Below, in pieces: positions 43,810-58,735 of a stretch of DNA of 64,000 bases (position 1 is the stretch's first letter; the number at the start of each line of letters is the position of its first letter). A program made the position numbers and the translations under genes. Below the pieces are notes generated by a model. It saw only the letters and a program-made list of their open reading frames with translations. It searched no databases and had not been told where the DNA came from. The DNA comes from the human T2T-CHM13v2.0 reference genome, Homo sapiens, in NCBI RefSeq assembly GCF_009914755.1, contig NC_060936.1, one strand, 5' to 3'.

Positions 43810-46800
43810 TGTTAAGTTTTGGGATACATGTGCAGGTTTGTTACATAGGTAAACATATGCCATGGTGGTTTGCTGAACCTATCAACCCATCACCTTGGTA
43901 TCAAACCCCACATGCATTAGCTATTTAGCTATTTATCCTGATGCTCTCTCTCCCACCACCCCACTGACAGGCCCCAGTGTGTATTGTTCCCCTCCCTGTG
44001 TCTATGTGTTCTCATTGTTTCACTTCCACTTATAAGTGAAGATGTGCAGTGTTTGGTTTTCTGTTCCTGTGTTAGTTTGCTGAAAGTAATGGCTACCAAA
44101 TACATCCATGTCCCTGAAAAGGACATGATCTCATTTCTTTTTATGGCTGCATAGTATTGCATGGTGTATATGTACCATATTTTCTTTATCCAGTTTAACA
44201 TTGATGGGCATTTGGGTTGATTCTATGTCTTTGCTATTTTGAATAGTGCTGCAATGAACATATGTGTGCATGTATTTTTATCATAGAAAGAATTGTATTC
44301 CTTTGAGTATACACCCAGTAATGGGATTGCTGGGTGAAATGGTATTTCTGGTTCTAGGCCTTTGAGAAATCACCATGCTGTCTTCCAAAAGGTTGAACTA
44401 ATTTACACTCTCACCAACAGTGTAAAAGCATTCCTATTTCTCCACAACCTTGTCACCATCTGTTATTTCTTGACTTTTTAATAATTGCCATTCTGACTGG
44501 TGTGAGATGGTATCTCATTGTGGTTTTGATTTGCATTTCTCTAAGGTTCAGTGATGTTGAGCTTTTTTTCATATGTTTGTTGTCCGCATAAATGTCTCCT
44601 CTTAGAAGTGTCTGTTCATGTCCTTTGACCACTTTTTAATGAGGTTGTTTGTTTTCTTGTAAATTTAAGTTCCTTGTAGTTTCTAGATATTAGACCTTTG
44701 TCAGACGGATAGATTGCAAAAATTTTCTTCCATTCTGTAGGTTGTCTGTAGGTTGTCTGTTCACTATGATGATAGTTTTTTGTGCTGTGCAGAAGCTCTT
44801 TAATTAGATTCATTTGTCAAATTTTGCTTTTGTTGCAGTTGCTTTTGATGTTTTTGTCATGAAATCTTCACCCATGCGTATGTCCTGAATGGTATTGCCT
44901 AGTTTTTCTTATAGGGTTTTTATAGTTGTGGGGATTAGATTTAAGTCTTTAATCCATCTTGAGTTGAGTTAATTTTTGTATAAGGTGTGAGGAAGGGATC
45001 CAGTTTCAATTTTCTCTATATGGCTTGCCACTTTTCCCAACACCATTTATTAAATAGAGAATCCTTTCCCCATTGCTTGTTTTTGTCAGGTTTGTCAAAG
45101 ATCAGATGGTTGTTGATGTGTGGTCTTTTTTCTGAGATCTCTATTCTGTTCCATTGGTCTATGTGTCTGGTTTTATAACAGTACCATGCTGTTTTAGTTA
45201 CTGTTGCCTTGTAGTATAGTTTGAAGTCAGGTAGCATGATGCCTCCAGGTTTGTTCTTGTTGCTTAGGATTGCCTTGATAATACAGACTCATTTTTTATT
45301 CCGTATTAATTTTAATGTAGTTTTTTCTAATTCTATGAAAAATGTCAATGGTAGTGTAATGGGAATAGCATTGAATCTATAAATTACTTTGGTCAGTACA
45401 GCCATTTTCACAATATTTCTTCTTTCTATCCATGAGCATGGAATTGTTTTACATTTGTTTGTGTCTTCTCTTATTTCTTTGAGTGGTGGTTTGTAGTTCT
45501 CCTTGAAGAAGTCCCTCACTTCCCCTGTTAGCTGTATTCCTGAGTATCTTATGCTCTTTGTAGCAATTGTGAATGGGATTTCCTCCATGATTTGGCTCTC
45601 TGCATGTTTATTATTGGTGTGTAGAAAAGCTTGTGATTGTTGCACATTGATTTTGTATGCTGAAACTTTCCTGAAGTTATTTATGGGCTTAAGAAGCTTT
45701 GGGGCTGAGACAACTGGGTTTTCTAGATATGGCCATGCCATCTGCAAACAGAGATAGTATGGCTTCCTCTCCTCCTATTTGGATACACTTTATTTTTTTT
45801 TTCTCTTGCCTGATTACCCTGGTCAGAACTTCCAGTTCTATGTTGAATAGGAGTGGTAAGAGAGCATGCTTGTCTTGTGCTGGTTTTCAAAAGAATGCTT
45901 CCAGTTTTTGCCCATTGAGTATGATACTGGCTGTGGGTTTGTCATAAAAGACTCATTATTTTGAGGTATGTTTTCCATCAATACTTAGTTTATTGAGATT
46001 TTTTGACATGAAGGAATGTTGAATTTTTTGAAGGCCTTTTCTGCATCTTTTGAGATAATCATGTGGTTTTTGTCTTTGGTTCTGTTTATGTGATGAATTA
46101 AGTTTATTGATTTGCGTGTGTTGAACCAGCCTTACATCCTGGAGATGAAGCCAACTTGATCGTGGTGGATACTCTTTTTGATGTGCTGCTGGATTCGGTT
46201 TGCCAGTATTTTATTGAGGATTTTTGCATCTATGTTTATCAGGGATATTAGCAGGAAGTTTTGTTTTTTGTTATATCTCTCCCAAGTTTTGGTACCAAGA
46301 TGATGCTGGCCCCATAAAATGAGTTAGGGAGAAGCCCCTCCTTCTCAGTTGCTTGGAATAGTCTCAGAAGAACTGGTACCAGCTCCTCTTTGTATCTCTT
46401 GTAGAATTCAACTGTAAATCCATCTGGTCCCTGGGCTTTTTTCATTGGTAGGCTATTTATTACTGCCTCAACTTCAGAATTTGTTATTGGTCTATTTATG
46501 GATTCAACTAATTCCTGGTTCAGACTTGGAAGGGTGTATGTTTCCAGGAATTTAGCCATTCCTTCTAGATTTTCTAGTTTATTTGCATAGAGATGGTTAC
46601 GGTATTCTCTGATGGTTGTTTATATTTCTGTGAGGTCAGTGGTGATATCCCCTTTATCATTTTTATCATGTCTATTTGATTCTTCTCTCTTTTCTTCTTT
46701 ATTAGTCTAGCTGGTGGTCTACTTTACTAATTTTTTCATAAAACCAGCCTCTGGATTGATTTTTGAAGGGATTTTTCGTGTCTCTCTCTCCTTCAGTATC

Positions 46801-49800
46801 ACTCTGATCTTAGTTATGTCTTATCTTCTGCTTGCTTTGGGGTTTGTTTACTCTTGATTCTCTAGTTCTTTTAGTTGTGATGCTCGGCTGTTGATTTGAG
46901 ATCTTTCTAGCTTTTTGATGTGGGCATTTAGTGCTATAAATTTCCCTCTTCACATGCCTTTAGCTGGGTCCCAGAGATTCTGGTATGTTGTCTCTTTGTT
47001 CTCATTGGTTTCAAAGAACTTCTTTATTTCTGCTTTAATTTTATTATTTACCAAGGAGTCATTCAGGAACAGGTTGCTCAATTTCCATGCAGTTGTGTGG
47101 TTTTGAGTGAGTTTCTTAATCTAGAGTTCTAATTTGATTGTGCTGTGGTCTGAGAGACCACTTGTTATGATTTCCATTCTTTGGCATTTACTGAGTAGTG
47201 TTTTACTTCTAATTTTGTGATCGATTTTACAATAAGTGCCATGTGGTGCCAAGAAGAATGTAAATTCTGTTGTTTTGGGGTGGAGAGTTCTGTAGATATC
47301 TATCAGGTCCACTTGATCCAGAGCTGAGTTCAAGACCAGAATATCCTTGTGAATTTTCTGTCTTGACGATCTGTTTAATATTGAGAGTGGAGTGTTAAAG
47401 TCTCTCACTATTATTGTGTAGGAGTTTAAGTCTCTTTGTAGGTCTCTAAGAACTTGTTTTATGAATCTGGGTGCTCCTGTATTGGGTGCATATATATTTA
47501 GGATACTTAGCTCTTCTTGTTGAATCGATCCCTTTACCATTATGTAATGCCCTTCTTTGTCTTCTATGATCTTTGTTGATTTAAAATCTTTTTTGTCAGA
47601 AACTAGGATTGCAAACCCCTGATTTTTTCTGCTTTCCATTTGCTTGGTTAATTTTCCTCCATAATTTTATTTTGAGCCTATATGTGTCTTTGCATGTAAG
47701 ACTGGTCTCTTGAATACAGCACACTAATGGTTCTTGACTCTATCTAGTGGGCATTGTGTGTCTTTTAATAGGGGCACTTAGCTCATTTACGTTTAAGGTT
47801 AATATTGTTATGTGTGAATATGATCCTGACCTCATGATGCTAGCTGGTTATTTTTCAGACTTGTTGATGTAGTTGCTTTATAGTATCATTAGCTTTTGTA
47901 TTTGTATTTCAGTGTGTTTTTGCAGTGGCTGACAACAGTTTTTCCTTTCCGTATTTACTACTTCCTTCAGTAGCTATTGCAAGGCAGGCCTTGTGGTGAT
48001 GAATTCCCTCAGCTTTCGCTTGTCTGAAAAGGATTTTATTTCTCCTTCGTTTACAAAGCTTAGTTTGGCTGGATATGAAATTCTGGGTTGAAATTTGTTT
48101 TATTTAAGCATGTTGAATATTGGCCCTCAATCTCTTCTGGCTTGTAGGGTTTCCGCTGAGAGGTCCACTGTTAGTCTGATGGGTTTCCCTTTGTAGGTGT
48201 CCTGGCCTTTCTTTCCGGTGGCCCTTAACATTTTTTCTTTCACTGCGACCTTGGAGAATCTAATGATTATATGTCTTTGGGTTGATCTTCTCATGGAGTG
48301 TCTTATTGGGTTTCTCTAGATTTCCTGAATTTGAATGTTGGCTTGTCTTGTTAGGTAAGGGAAGTTCTCCTGAATAATATCCTGAAGTATGTTTTCCAAC
48401 TTGGTTCCATTCTACCCATCTTTTTCAGGTACCCAAATAGTCATAAGTTTGATCTTTTTACATAACTCCATAGTTCTTGGATGTGTTATTTCTTTTCATT
48501 CTACTTTCTCTAACATTGTCTCCCTGTCTTATTTCAGCAAGATAGTCTTCAAGTTCTGAAATTCTTTTCTCTGCTTATTCTATTCAGTTATCAATACTTG
48601 TGGATGCATTGTGACATTCTCATGTTGTGTTTTGCAGCTCCATCAGGTCGTTTATGTTCCTCCCTGTACTGGTTATTCTGGTTAACAGCTCCTGTAATGA
48701 CTTGTCATGGTTCTTAGCTTCTTTGCTTTGGGTTAGAACATGTTCCTTTAGCTCAGTGAATTTCATTATTACCCACCTTCTGAAGCCTACTCTGTCAATT
48801 CATCCATCTCAGCCTCCACTCAGTTCTGTGCCCTTGTCAGAGAGGTATTGTGATCATTTGGAGGAGAAGAGGGGGCACTCTGGCTTTTTGAGTTTTCAGC
48901 ATTTTTTTCATTGATTCTTTCTCATCTTCATGAATTTATGTAGCTTCAATCTTGGAGGCTGCTGACTTTTGGATGGGGTGTCTGTGGGGACAATTTTTTG
49001 TTGATTCTCATTGTTGTTGTTGTTGCTTTCTGCTAGTTTTTCTTTTACCAGTCAGGTCTCTCTTCCATGGAGTTGTTGGTTTGCTGTAGGTCCACTCCAG
49101 ACCCTGTTTGCCTGGATCCATCTTGCACCTGGAGGTGTCACCAGTGGAGGCTGCAAAACAGCAAAGATGGCTGCCTGTTCTTTCCTCTGGGATTCCTGTC
49201 AGAGGACCACAACCTGACGCCAGCGGAAACACTCCTGTATAAGGTGTTTTGCGACCCCTGTTGGGGGGGGTCTCATCCAGTCAGGAGGCACAGGATCCAG
49301 GACCCCCTTAATGAAGCACTCTGACTGCCCCTTGGCAGAGGGGTTGCACTGTGCTGGGAAAAAACCCACTCATCCAGACTACCTGGATTCCTCAGAGCCA
49401 GCAGTGGGGGGAATACTAAGTCTGCTGATCCACAGAGACTGTGGCCACCCCTTCCCACAGAGGCTCAGTCCCAGGGAGATCAGAGTTGTATCCTTAAAAC
49501 TTTGGCCGGAGTTGCTGAAATTCCTGCAGGGAGACCCTGCCCAATGAGGAGGGATGGGTCAGGGTCTGGCCTAAAGAGGCAGTCTGGCCATGATCTGCCA
49601 CAGCCACTGTGTTGTGCTATGGGGAATTCCTCCTGGGTCCAAACCATCCAGTTTCCCCAGCACTGGCAGGGGAAAAATGGCAGACTAGAGCTGCAGTGAT
49701 GCGGCCACCCCACTAGCTGGAAGCTCTGTTGCCTTAGGCAGCAGGCAGCCACAGTGATGACAGGTGTCCCTCCCGCCAGGAACTCAGTAGTCTCAAGCAG

Positions 49801-50190
49801 TCTCCCACCAAGTGGCCACTGAGAATCTGCTCAGTTCTGTGCCTGCGACCCAAGGCCCTAGTAGTGGTGTGGGCTCATGAAGGGGATCTCATGATCTGCA
49901 GGTTGCACAGATCCATAGGAAAAGTGTGGTTTCCCAGGCAGGGTAACATGATCACTCACCACCTCCTTTGGCTGGGAGTGGGAGCTTCCCTTTCTCCATG
50001 TGGCTCCCAGGTGGGTTGTTGCCCACCCTGCTTTTTCTCGCTCTCCACGAGTCATGCCAACTGCTAGTCAGTCCCAGTGAGAGAAGCTGGACATATCAGT
50101 TGCTGATGCAGTATTCATTCATTGTTTTTGTTCTTCTCAGTGGAAGCCTCCGACCCGACCACAGCTGTTTCTAGTCAGCCATCTTGGCCC
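43810..50190 (-). mobile_element. Full-length (~6.4 kb) decayed L1PA (approx. PA8-PA10)
   Basis: EN fragment 47121-47639 (GHYIMVKGSIQQEELSILNIYAPNTGAPRFIKQVL). Further ORF2 pieces at 46248-46559, 45289-45747 and 45016-45237. 5' end carries the YY1 core (gccatcttg, 50178-50186). ORF2 is broken by stops and frameshifts. Confidence 0.95.
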
Positions 50191-50849
50191 TTCATTGTGC
50201 GTTTTGTGAACTTCCTTATTTTCTGGCACTGTAAGATGTTCCAGGTTCATCTTGTGTATTTCTTGCCCCAGTCTTAGAATCAGCCATTTCTCCAGGAGTC
50301 ATGGTTTCTTTAATCGAAAAATTGTTTTAGAAGTCAAGATGTAGGTGTTAGGTGTGCTCATTGCTACTAGAGCATCATTGCTTCCAGACCTTCTAAGCTG
50401 ACAGAGCAAGGAAACGTGTTTATATGACTATTGTGTATGTATGTGTGTATATATATTTCTAGATGTAACCATCTGTATCTATATTAAACTCTACATAAGT
50501 TGATAATGTCAACTCTAATTCATTATCCAAAGATCATTCTAGCCTTATCCCTTGCTTGTCTGTAACCTCCCACTCCAAAAGTAAGAAACCTGGTACCTAC
50601 CATCCTGTCATTAATGAACTGAATTGTTCAGTTCCAGTGTACATATATAGTAGTGTAGAACTTTTAACACATACCCCTGTGGGAAACAACTTTATTAACT
50701 AGAACATGGTGTTTATGTGCATTTTTTTCCTTTAGTCTTACAGACTCCACTCATTTCCAAAGCAAATTAGGTCAGCATTCCCTTATGTGAAGTTATAGCA
50801 TATATCTAAAATAGTGTTACATTCTTTTGTCCCAGCTAACATTCTAAAT

Positions 50850-51189
50850 CAGGGCTCCCCACCCTCTGGGCCATGGACAGCTATGGCCATGGCCTGTTAG
50901 GAACTGGGCCATACAGCAAAAGGTGGGCAGCAGGTGAGTGAGCATTACTGCCTGGACACTGCCTCCTGTTAGATCAGCAGCGGCGTTAGATTCTCACAGA
51001 AGCCCGACCCCTATCGTGAACGGTGCATGTGAGAGATCTAGATTGTGCTCTCCGTATGAGAATCTAACTAATGCCTGATGATCTGAGGTGGGACAGTTTC
51101 ATCCCCAAAACCCCCAATCCTTCCTGTCTGTAGAAAAATTGTCTTGCAAGAAAACTGGCCCCTGCTGCCAAAAAGGTTTGGAACAGCTG
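50850..51189 (+). mobile_element. MER1B (hAT-Charlie non-autonomous DNA transposon)
   Basis: 340 bp with CAG...CTG termini; perfect 8-bp TSD ttctaaat at 50842-50849 and 51190-51197; internal gatcagcagcggcgttagattctca. Confidence 0.93.
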
Positions 51190-51916
51190 TTCTAAATGAT
51201 ATATTTTTTTGTAACTTTGAGATATCAAATTCACTCTTTCTGCTACAAAGTTTTACACATTTTGACAAATGCACAGTGTCATGGTGTATACCATTAGAGT
51301 ATCATACAGAATTGTTTCACTGTCATTAAAAAAAAAAAGCCTCCTATGCTTTACTTATTCAATTGTCCCCCATTGCTGAACTCCTGGAAAAAACTTTTCT
51401 ATTACTATCTCTACAGTTATCCCTTTCCCATAATGTTACATAAATATAATTATACATTATGAAGCCATTTCAGACTAGCTTTCTTCATCTAGAAGAAAGA
51501 ATTTAAAATTAATCTTCATTTTTACCTGATTTAATAGGTCATTCATTCATTCCCAATGCTGAATACTATTACACTATATGGATTTACCACTGTGTTCACT
51601 CACCTATTGAAAGATATATTGGTTGTTTCCATCCTTAGGAATTATAAGTACAACTTCTATATATATTTGAATGTAGGTTCATGTGGACATAAGTTTTCAG
51701 AAATGTTGACAGTGAAATTGCTGGATCATATGATAAACTTGCTTCTTCTAAAGTGGCTGTACCATTTTGTGTTTTTACCAGCAATGAATGACAATTCTTG
51801 CTCTGCATTTTAACCAGAAATTAGCAATGTTTATTTTTTAATTTTGGCCATTCTAATAGATACAGTGGCATCTCTTTGTTGTTTAAATGGGTATTTTAAT
51901 AATAAAAAATGACATT

Positions 51917-52202
<286 letters not shown>

Positions 52203-53502
52203 TCATACATTTTAATTGGGTTGTTCATTTTCTTATTGCTGAGTTTTACTTTTTTTGTATTCTGGATTCAAATTCTTTACCAGATATACTTGTTTCTAAT
52301 AATATCTTTCAATCTGTGGCTTAAGTTTTTAGTTTCTTAAGAGTGTATTTTGCAGAGAAAAATCTTTTGGCTTTAATAAAGTGAAATTTATCTACTTTTT
52401 CTTTCATGGATCATACTTTTGGTATTGAATCTAAAAATATTTTGCTGACTCTAAGGTCACATAAATTTCCTCCTATGTTTGATTCTAGAAGTTTTGTTGT
52501 TTTTAAGGTTACATTTAGAAATATGATCATTTCCAATTAATTTTTTTGAAATGTATTGCCTGTGTCTAGGTTCAACAGTTAGCATATGGATGTCCAATTT
52601 TTTCAGCAGCCTTTGTTGAAAAAAAAAAAACTATCCTTTCTCCATTGAATTGCCTTTGACTTTTGTCAAAAATAACTTTAGAATATTTGCATGACTCTAC
52701 TTCTGGGCTCTCCTGTATGTTTCTTTGATACATAAATCTATTCTTTCACCAACAGTATGCTATCTTTATTACTGTCAATTTATAGTAAGTCTGGAAATCA
52801 GTTAATGTCAGTCCTCCAACTTTGTCCATCCTTGTCAGTATTGCGTGGTGCAATTAATGGTCTTTTGATTACTTATATAAATTTTAGTGTCATTTTTATC
52901 AGTATCTAGCAAATAGCTTCCTGGAATTTAGATTGGCATTCTATTGAACATATACATCAAGTTTGGAAGAATTGACAGCAATACTGTACCTTCCAGTCAA
53001 TGAACATAAAATATCTTTTTCTTCATGTATATCTTTTCTTTCATCAGTATTTTGTATGTCTGCCTACAAACCTTATACATATTTTTATTTATTTAATCTT
53101 AAGTATTTTGTTGTATTATAAGTGGTATTTTATTAAATCCTCAATTCCATTTGTTCATTTATGTTCTATAGGAAGGGAATTGATTTGTGTATAATGACCT
53201 TGTATCTTGCCACCTTGCTATGTTTATTTATTTGTTCTGGAAGTTTTTTGTAGATTTCTTGGGGTTTTTTACATCATGTCATCTCTGAATGCAGACATTT
53301 TAATATTTTTCCTTTCCATTCTGTAAATCTTTTTCAAAATTTTATTGCAATAGTTAGAACTTCTACTATGATGTTAATATTGATTTTTCTCCATAATTTC
53401 TCTATTTCTTTGGTTTATGATTTTATTTTTATTATTTTCTTCCTCTGCTTATTTGGTATTTATTTCTTTTTTCTTTTTTACTTTCTTAAGGTGCAGGTTT
53501 AG

Positions 53503-53859
<357 letters not shown>

Positions 53860-54174
53860 TAGATCGCTCTAGGTACTATGTTAGCTGCCATACACAAACA
53901 TTGATATATTGTATTTTTCTTTTTCATTTAGTTCAAAATGTTTTCTAATGTTCCTGTAATTTTTTAACACATTGATTATTTTATAGCATGTTATAAAATT
54001 TCTAATATTTGATTATTGTTCACAGTATCTTTTAAAAATGGATTTCTGGTCTAATTTTGTTATGGCCAGAGAATTTTGATAATTTGAATCTTTAAAAATC
54101 TATTGAGATTTGCCTTATCACTCATTACATCTTGCTAAATGATTAATGTATACCCAAAAAGAATGCTTATTCCA

Positions 54175-54420
54175 TTGGTGCAGCACAGTGATTAACAGTA
54201 AAGTTTCTGGAACTAAATGTTTGGCTTTGCGTCTCTCCCACTTTCTACTCTGTAGTCATGGAAAATTATTAAACACACTATGACTCATCTTTTCTATTTG
54301 TGAAGTGGGAATAAAATGAAGATGACTACCTCATATGTAGTAATAAGGACTGAATTTGTTAACTCATATAAACACTTTGATTTTTTTATAAAAAGTAACC
54401 TTTTCATATATATTAACTGT
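54175..54420 (+). mobile_element. MIR
   Basis: gcagcacagtgattaa...ctatttgtgaagtgggaataa...ctacctcata. Confidence 0.6.
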
Positions 54421-55446
54421 CCTTATTTATATTATAATTTTTATGATACTTGCCTTTGTCATCATCATCCATAGCAATAGCAGTTGTATCAAATAAACTT
54501 AAAAAACAGACTAAGGGGCAGTAGCCTGAAATGTGATAGAAAATCAGAAAAATATAATGTCATAAAAAAGGGAAAGGAGTGATTCAAGAAGGCAGTAGAA
54601 GATCATCCTAAAGTCATCTGCTTTCTCACCCTATAATTTTTCTCATTTACATAGAACTTCATGTACAATATATGCATTTACTTATTCTTCCCAGATTTAT
54701 AATTTTGAGCCAGACTTTTCTGAACTACAGCTATTTCAAGTCACTGTTTACTCCACAGTATTACTTAGATTTCTCAAGGGTTTTTCAGGACTGATATGCC
54801 TGAGTTTAATTGATAAGTTTTTTCTCAAATATTGTTATATTCCAGAGTTTCTTACAGTATTGAGCTATTCATCTTCTTCTACAGGTCAATTCCTACTATT
54901 TAATATCTATCAGGAAGTCCCATTAATTTTTCCTTCTAAATATCGTTAAACGTGAAAATTACATTCTTTCCTTAATATCATCATTTTGGATCAATAAATC
55001 ATATCTCATCTAGACTATAATGGCTTCTTTATCAATGTCATCCATTCTCAATGCCTTCACTTCCGTATCTACATTTTAGCCAAACTGGTCATGGTAAAAT
55101 CCAAACCTGTTGGTCTTACCCCAACCCTCTCCTCTCCATTACTTATGTTTGGCTTTCAGTTCTTTGAAAGATCTTAGCCTATTTCGCCACCTGTATTTGT
55201 TATCAAGCATCCCCTTTTCCTTCACATTCCACTCACACAGGCATTCTGGCACTTACTCAAAAGTTTTCTACTCTTTTCTGCTAAGGTGTCCTTACACATA
55301 TTTTTCTATGCCTAGACTCTACTTCCCTTCAAGTTAGTAAATTAGACTCATCGTATAGACCTCATTCCAAGTGGTGCTTTCTCAGAGAGTTACCTGAAAC
55401 CTGTGACTAGATCTTATTTCTCAGTTTATGCTCCCAGTGCTTCTAG

Positions 55447-55857
<411 letters not shown>

Positions 55858-56299
55858 GGATTTTTTTTTTATTAATATCTGTCTCCCCACTATACTTTAA
55901 AATGGGCAGGGATAGTGTTCCTTATGGTTCACTACCTTATCACCAGTACCCTCAAGTACCTAGGCATCATAACTGTAAGGAAAAATAAGTAAAGGAGTAA
56001 AGTTCCATTTTAAAGTGGGATAACCTATCAAAGATAATGCAAAAGGAAAATTAGCAAAAATTTTAACACAAGAATATTAATGAGTGAGGTCCTTGTCATA
56101 TAATTTTATCTTTGGATTGATATATTTTAGTGTGAATACAAATTACTTTTCTTTTGCTTAATGCCCCCCAAAGAGGAAGCCATTGTATTATGGTAAAAAG
56201 AGCCCTATACTCCCCCAAAAATAAGAAGACTGGGTTCTGCTCCTGACTTCTACCAAAGGAATCACATGTAAACTCACCCAAAACTACAAAGAAGTTTTT

Positions 56300-56750
56300 C
56301 TGTAATATAACTGTTGTCTCAAGACCACTTTCCCATTAACCTGTAACAAATTCCCTTCAATAATTAAGTGTATATTTGTAGTTTTTGTTACACTAGCAGC
56401 CAACCTAAAAACAATAATAAGTTTCATTAGGAGATAAAATCAGGGAACACCTGTAAAAAATAAGAAAGTAAGATTGGAGAAATTTGGGAGTCAGCAAAGA
56501 TTGTACTGCACTATTTTTTCTCCCACAGAATGAGGGACCTGGGATATTTGTGCACCAGTTCCCTTTAGTCATTGGCTGAGGGTTACTCCTGGGCTGGATG
56601 TTAATTTTCAGCACTTTTGTCCTTCCCAGCATGTAGACATAATGGGTCTAATTGCAGGGAAACTGAGCCAGTTGGGAGATGGGTTAGTGTGTATAATTTG
56701 GTAAAGCCCAAATAGATATGGGAAGGAGATCATAATTGTCTTCTGTAGTT
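56300..56750 (-). mobile_element. ERVL LTR (LTR16-like)
   Basis: tgggatatttgtgcaccagttccctttagtcattggctgagggttactcctggg...gttaattttcagcactt resembles the LTR16 family; adjoins ERVL internal sequence. Confidence 0.6.
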
Positions 56751-58735
56751 TATTCCTTGCACTGAACAGATTTGCTTATGCTGTATAAGAACATACTTAT
56801 CACTGCCATACGACTCATTCAAAATGTTGCTTATCCTTTACGAGCATTTCCGTTCTCCTAAATTGATTGCTCGGCGGAGTAACCCGGATCTTAATTGCCA
56901 AAGGAGGCTGACCCTTTGTTATCATGCTCTTTTCAAGCATTGTTGCTTTAGTCACATTATAGTTATACTAACTGAGCATGGAAAAGGAGGACCATAGTGA
57001 ACACCCTGTTTTCTACATATACACTTACTTGTCCCCAGGATGTAACAGAAACCACGTCTCATATAAGTGATTTTCCCTACAAGTATAGTATACCAGAATC
57101 ATATGACTTTCTTTGCCTCGTAGTCTCCTGTGAAACAGTGCCTGTATCCCTTAATAGATGCATATGTACATATTTATATAAGGTCTCTATAAGGGACGCG
57201 TTGCATACCAGCAGTTGGCATTTGAATGAGGGGAATAGTTATCTGCAACAGAGGGCATGGCCTTGGACCAGCAACCTGGGGACACTATATTCTTAGAATT
57301 TTCCTTGGTAATTGCCAGAAATGTCATGTGGTACTCTGGTTTTACCACAGATACTCTTTGTTCTAAAACCTGAATTTGTTCTAAAAGCTGAATTGATGTC
57401 TTCAAACTCCTCAGAGTCCCGCTATTCACTATGCATCTTTCTTAGAGATGGGAGTTACCAGGAGTAATAACTGTCCTTTACCTTGGATGGGACATGCTAG
57501 AACATTGCGCTTCTACAGTATTCACTGATAAGCTAGTCCCCTGCATTTTTGTAGGATTTATTTTGTACCATATAGTGCTCATGTGTCTTATTTACCTGAG
57601 TTATTTCAATTTCCTGGTTTTGATATGTAAAGAAGATGATGTCATCAATGTGAGAGAACAATTTGAGGTTTGACCGAATATGCAGATGATCGGAAGTTTT
57701 TTTGGACTGTATTGTGACAAAGAGCAAGAATATAATTATAGTGATGATGCAAAATAATGAAAGTATATTGCTGTCCATTCCATAGGAATGCAATGTTCTA
57801 CTTTTCTTTCACCACAGTGATGAAAAAATACATTCAAGGAATCAATAGTTGCATGTAAGTCCTAGAGATTTTGTCGATTTGTTCTAGTATCAAATTTACA
57901 TCAACTGTGGCTGTGATGCCAGTATCAGCTATGATTGAAACTAACTGTTATGTTAAAAAGGGATTTCTGTCATTTGCTGAACCAGAGGTCATATTGGTGA
58001 ATTAAATTGTGATATGAGACTACCACATCTAATTTCTTTAAATCTTTGAGAAAAACATTAATCACTGCCATTCAACTTGAAATATTATATTGCCTCTGAC
58101 TTTTTATTTGAGCCAAGAATGTGAGTACAATTTTACAGGCTTCTACTTGGCCTTCCCTACAGTGAAGTGAAGCTCTTACATTATACAGAGCCAGTGGGAG
58201 GATCTGCCAGCTTTTAACTATAATTATTCTTATTACAAACCCATGACCAGAGAAATGACCACAGAATTGTGCTCACATCCATTAGACTTTCTATGAGGCA
58301 AACTTCGGGCAAGGTCCATTTATCACCTGCCCTCTGTGTTCCTTCTCTCTAATGGAGGGCCATCATCACTTTTCTTTTACCATTGGTAGTACTTAGGTTT
58401 CTGACTTATATCCAACAGCCTTTGGAAGATCTGTTGCAACATCAGGAGAGCGGATCATGATTTTCCACTATGGTGACTGACATCAGCCTTCTGCTCACCT
58501 GCTGTTGATCATTTCTGATGTTTAATCAAGTAACACTCTCCTTGACTACCCATCTCTCTCACCTCTAATAACAAAATGATTTACTAGCCCTCCCCACATA
58601 TTCTTGTGTGTTACTGCCGCCTCCTGGCCATTCTATGCTTGCCGCTCATTGCCAGTGTTGCATTCACCCACTGCCATGATTATGCACTGCATCTGGCCTC
58701 TGCTATTCTTGAATCCTATAATCCCCATTGACTCG
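56750..58735 (-). mobile_element. Internally deleted ERVL internal region (gag C-terminal and pol RT remnants)
   Basis: Minus-strand 57791-57711 translates AFLWNGQQYTFIILHHHYNYILALCHN, matching the ERVL RT motif WxGQQYTF..LP.GY..S.ALCHN. HIDD (YIDD-like) at 57641-57652. Gag-like SMGIIGFKNSRGQ near 58700. Confidence 0.85.

Noticed and set aside
47121-47639. 172-aa ORF and other L1-like ORFs as functional CDS
   Set aside because: Fragments of L1 ORF2 separated by stops and frameshifts; no intact ORF1 or ORF2 in any element.
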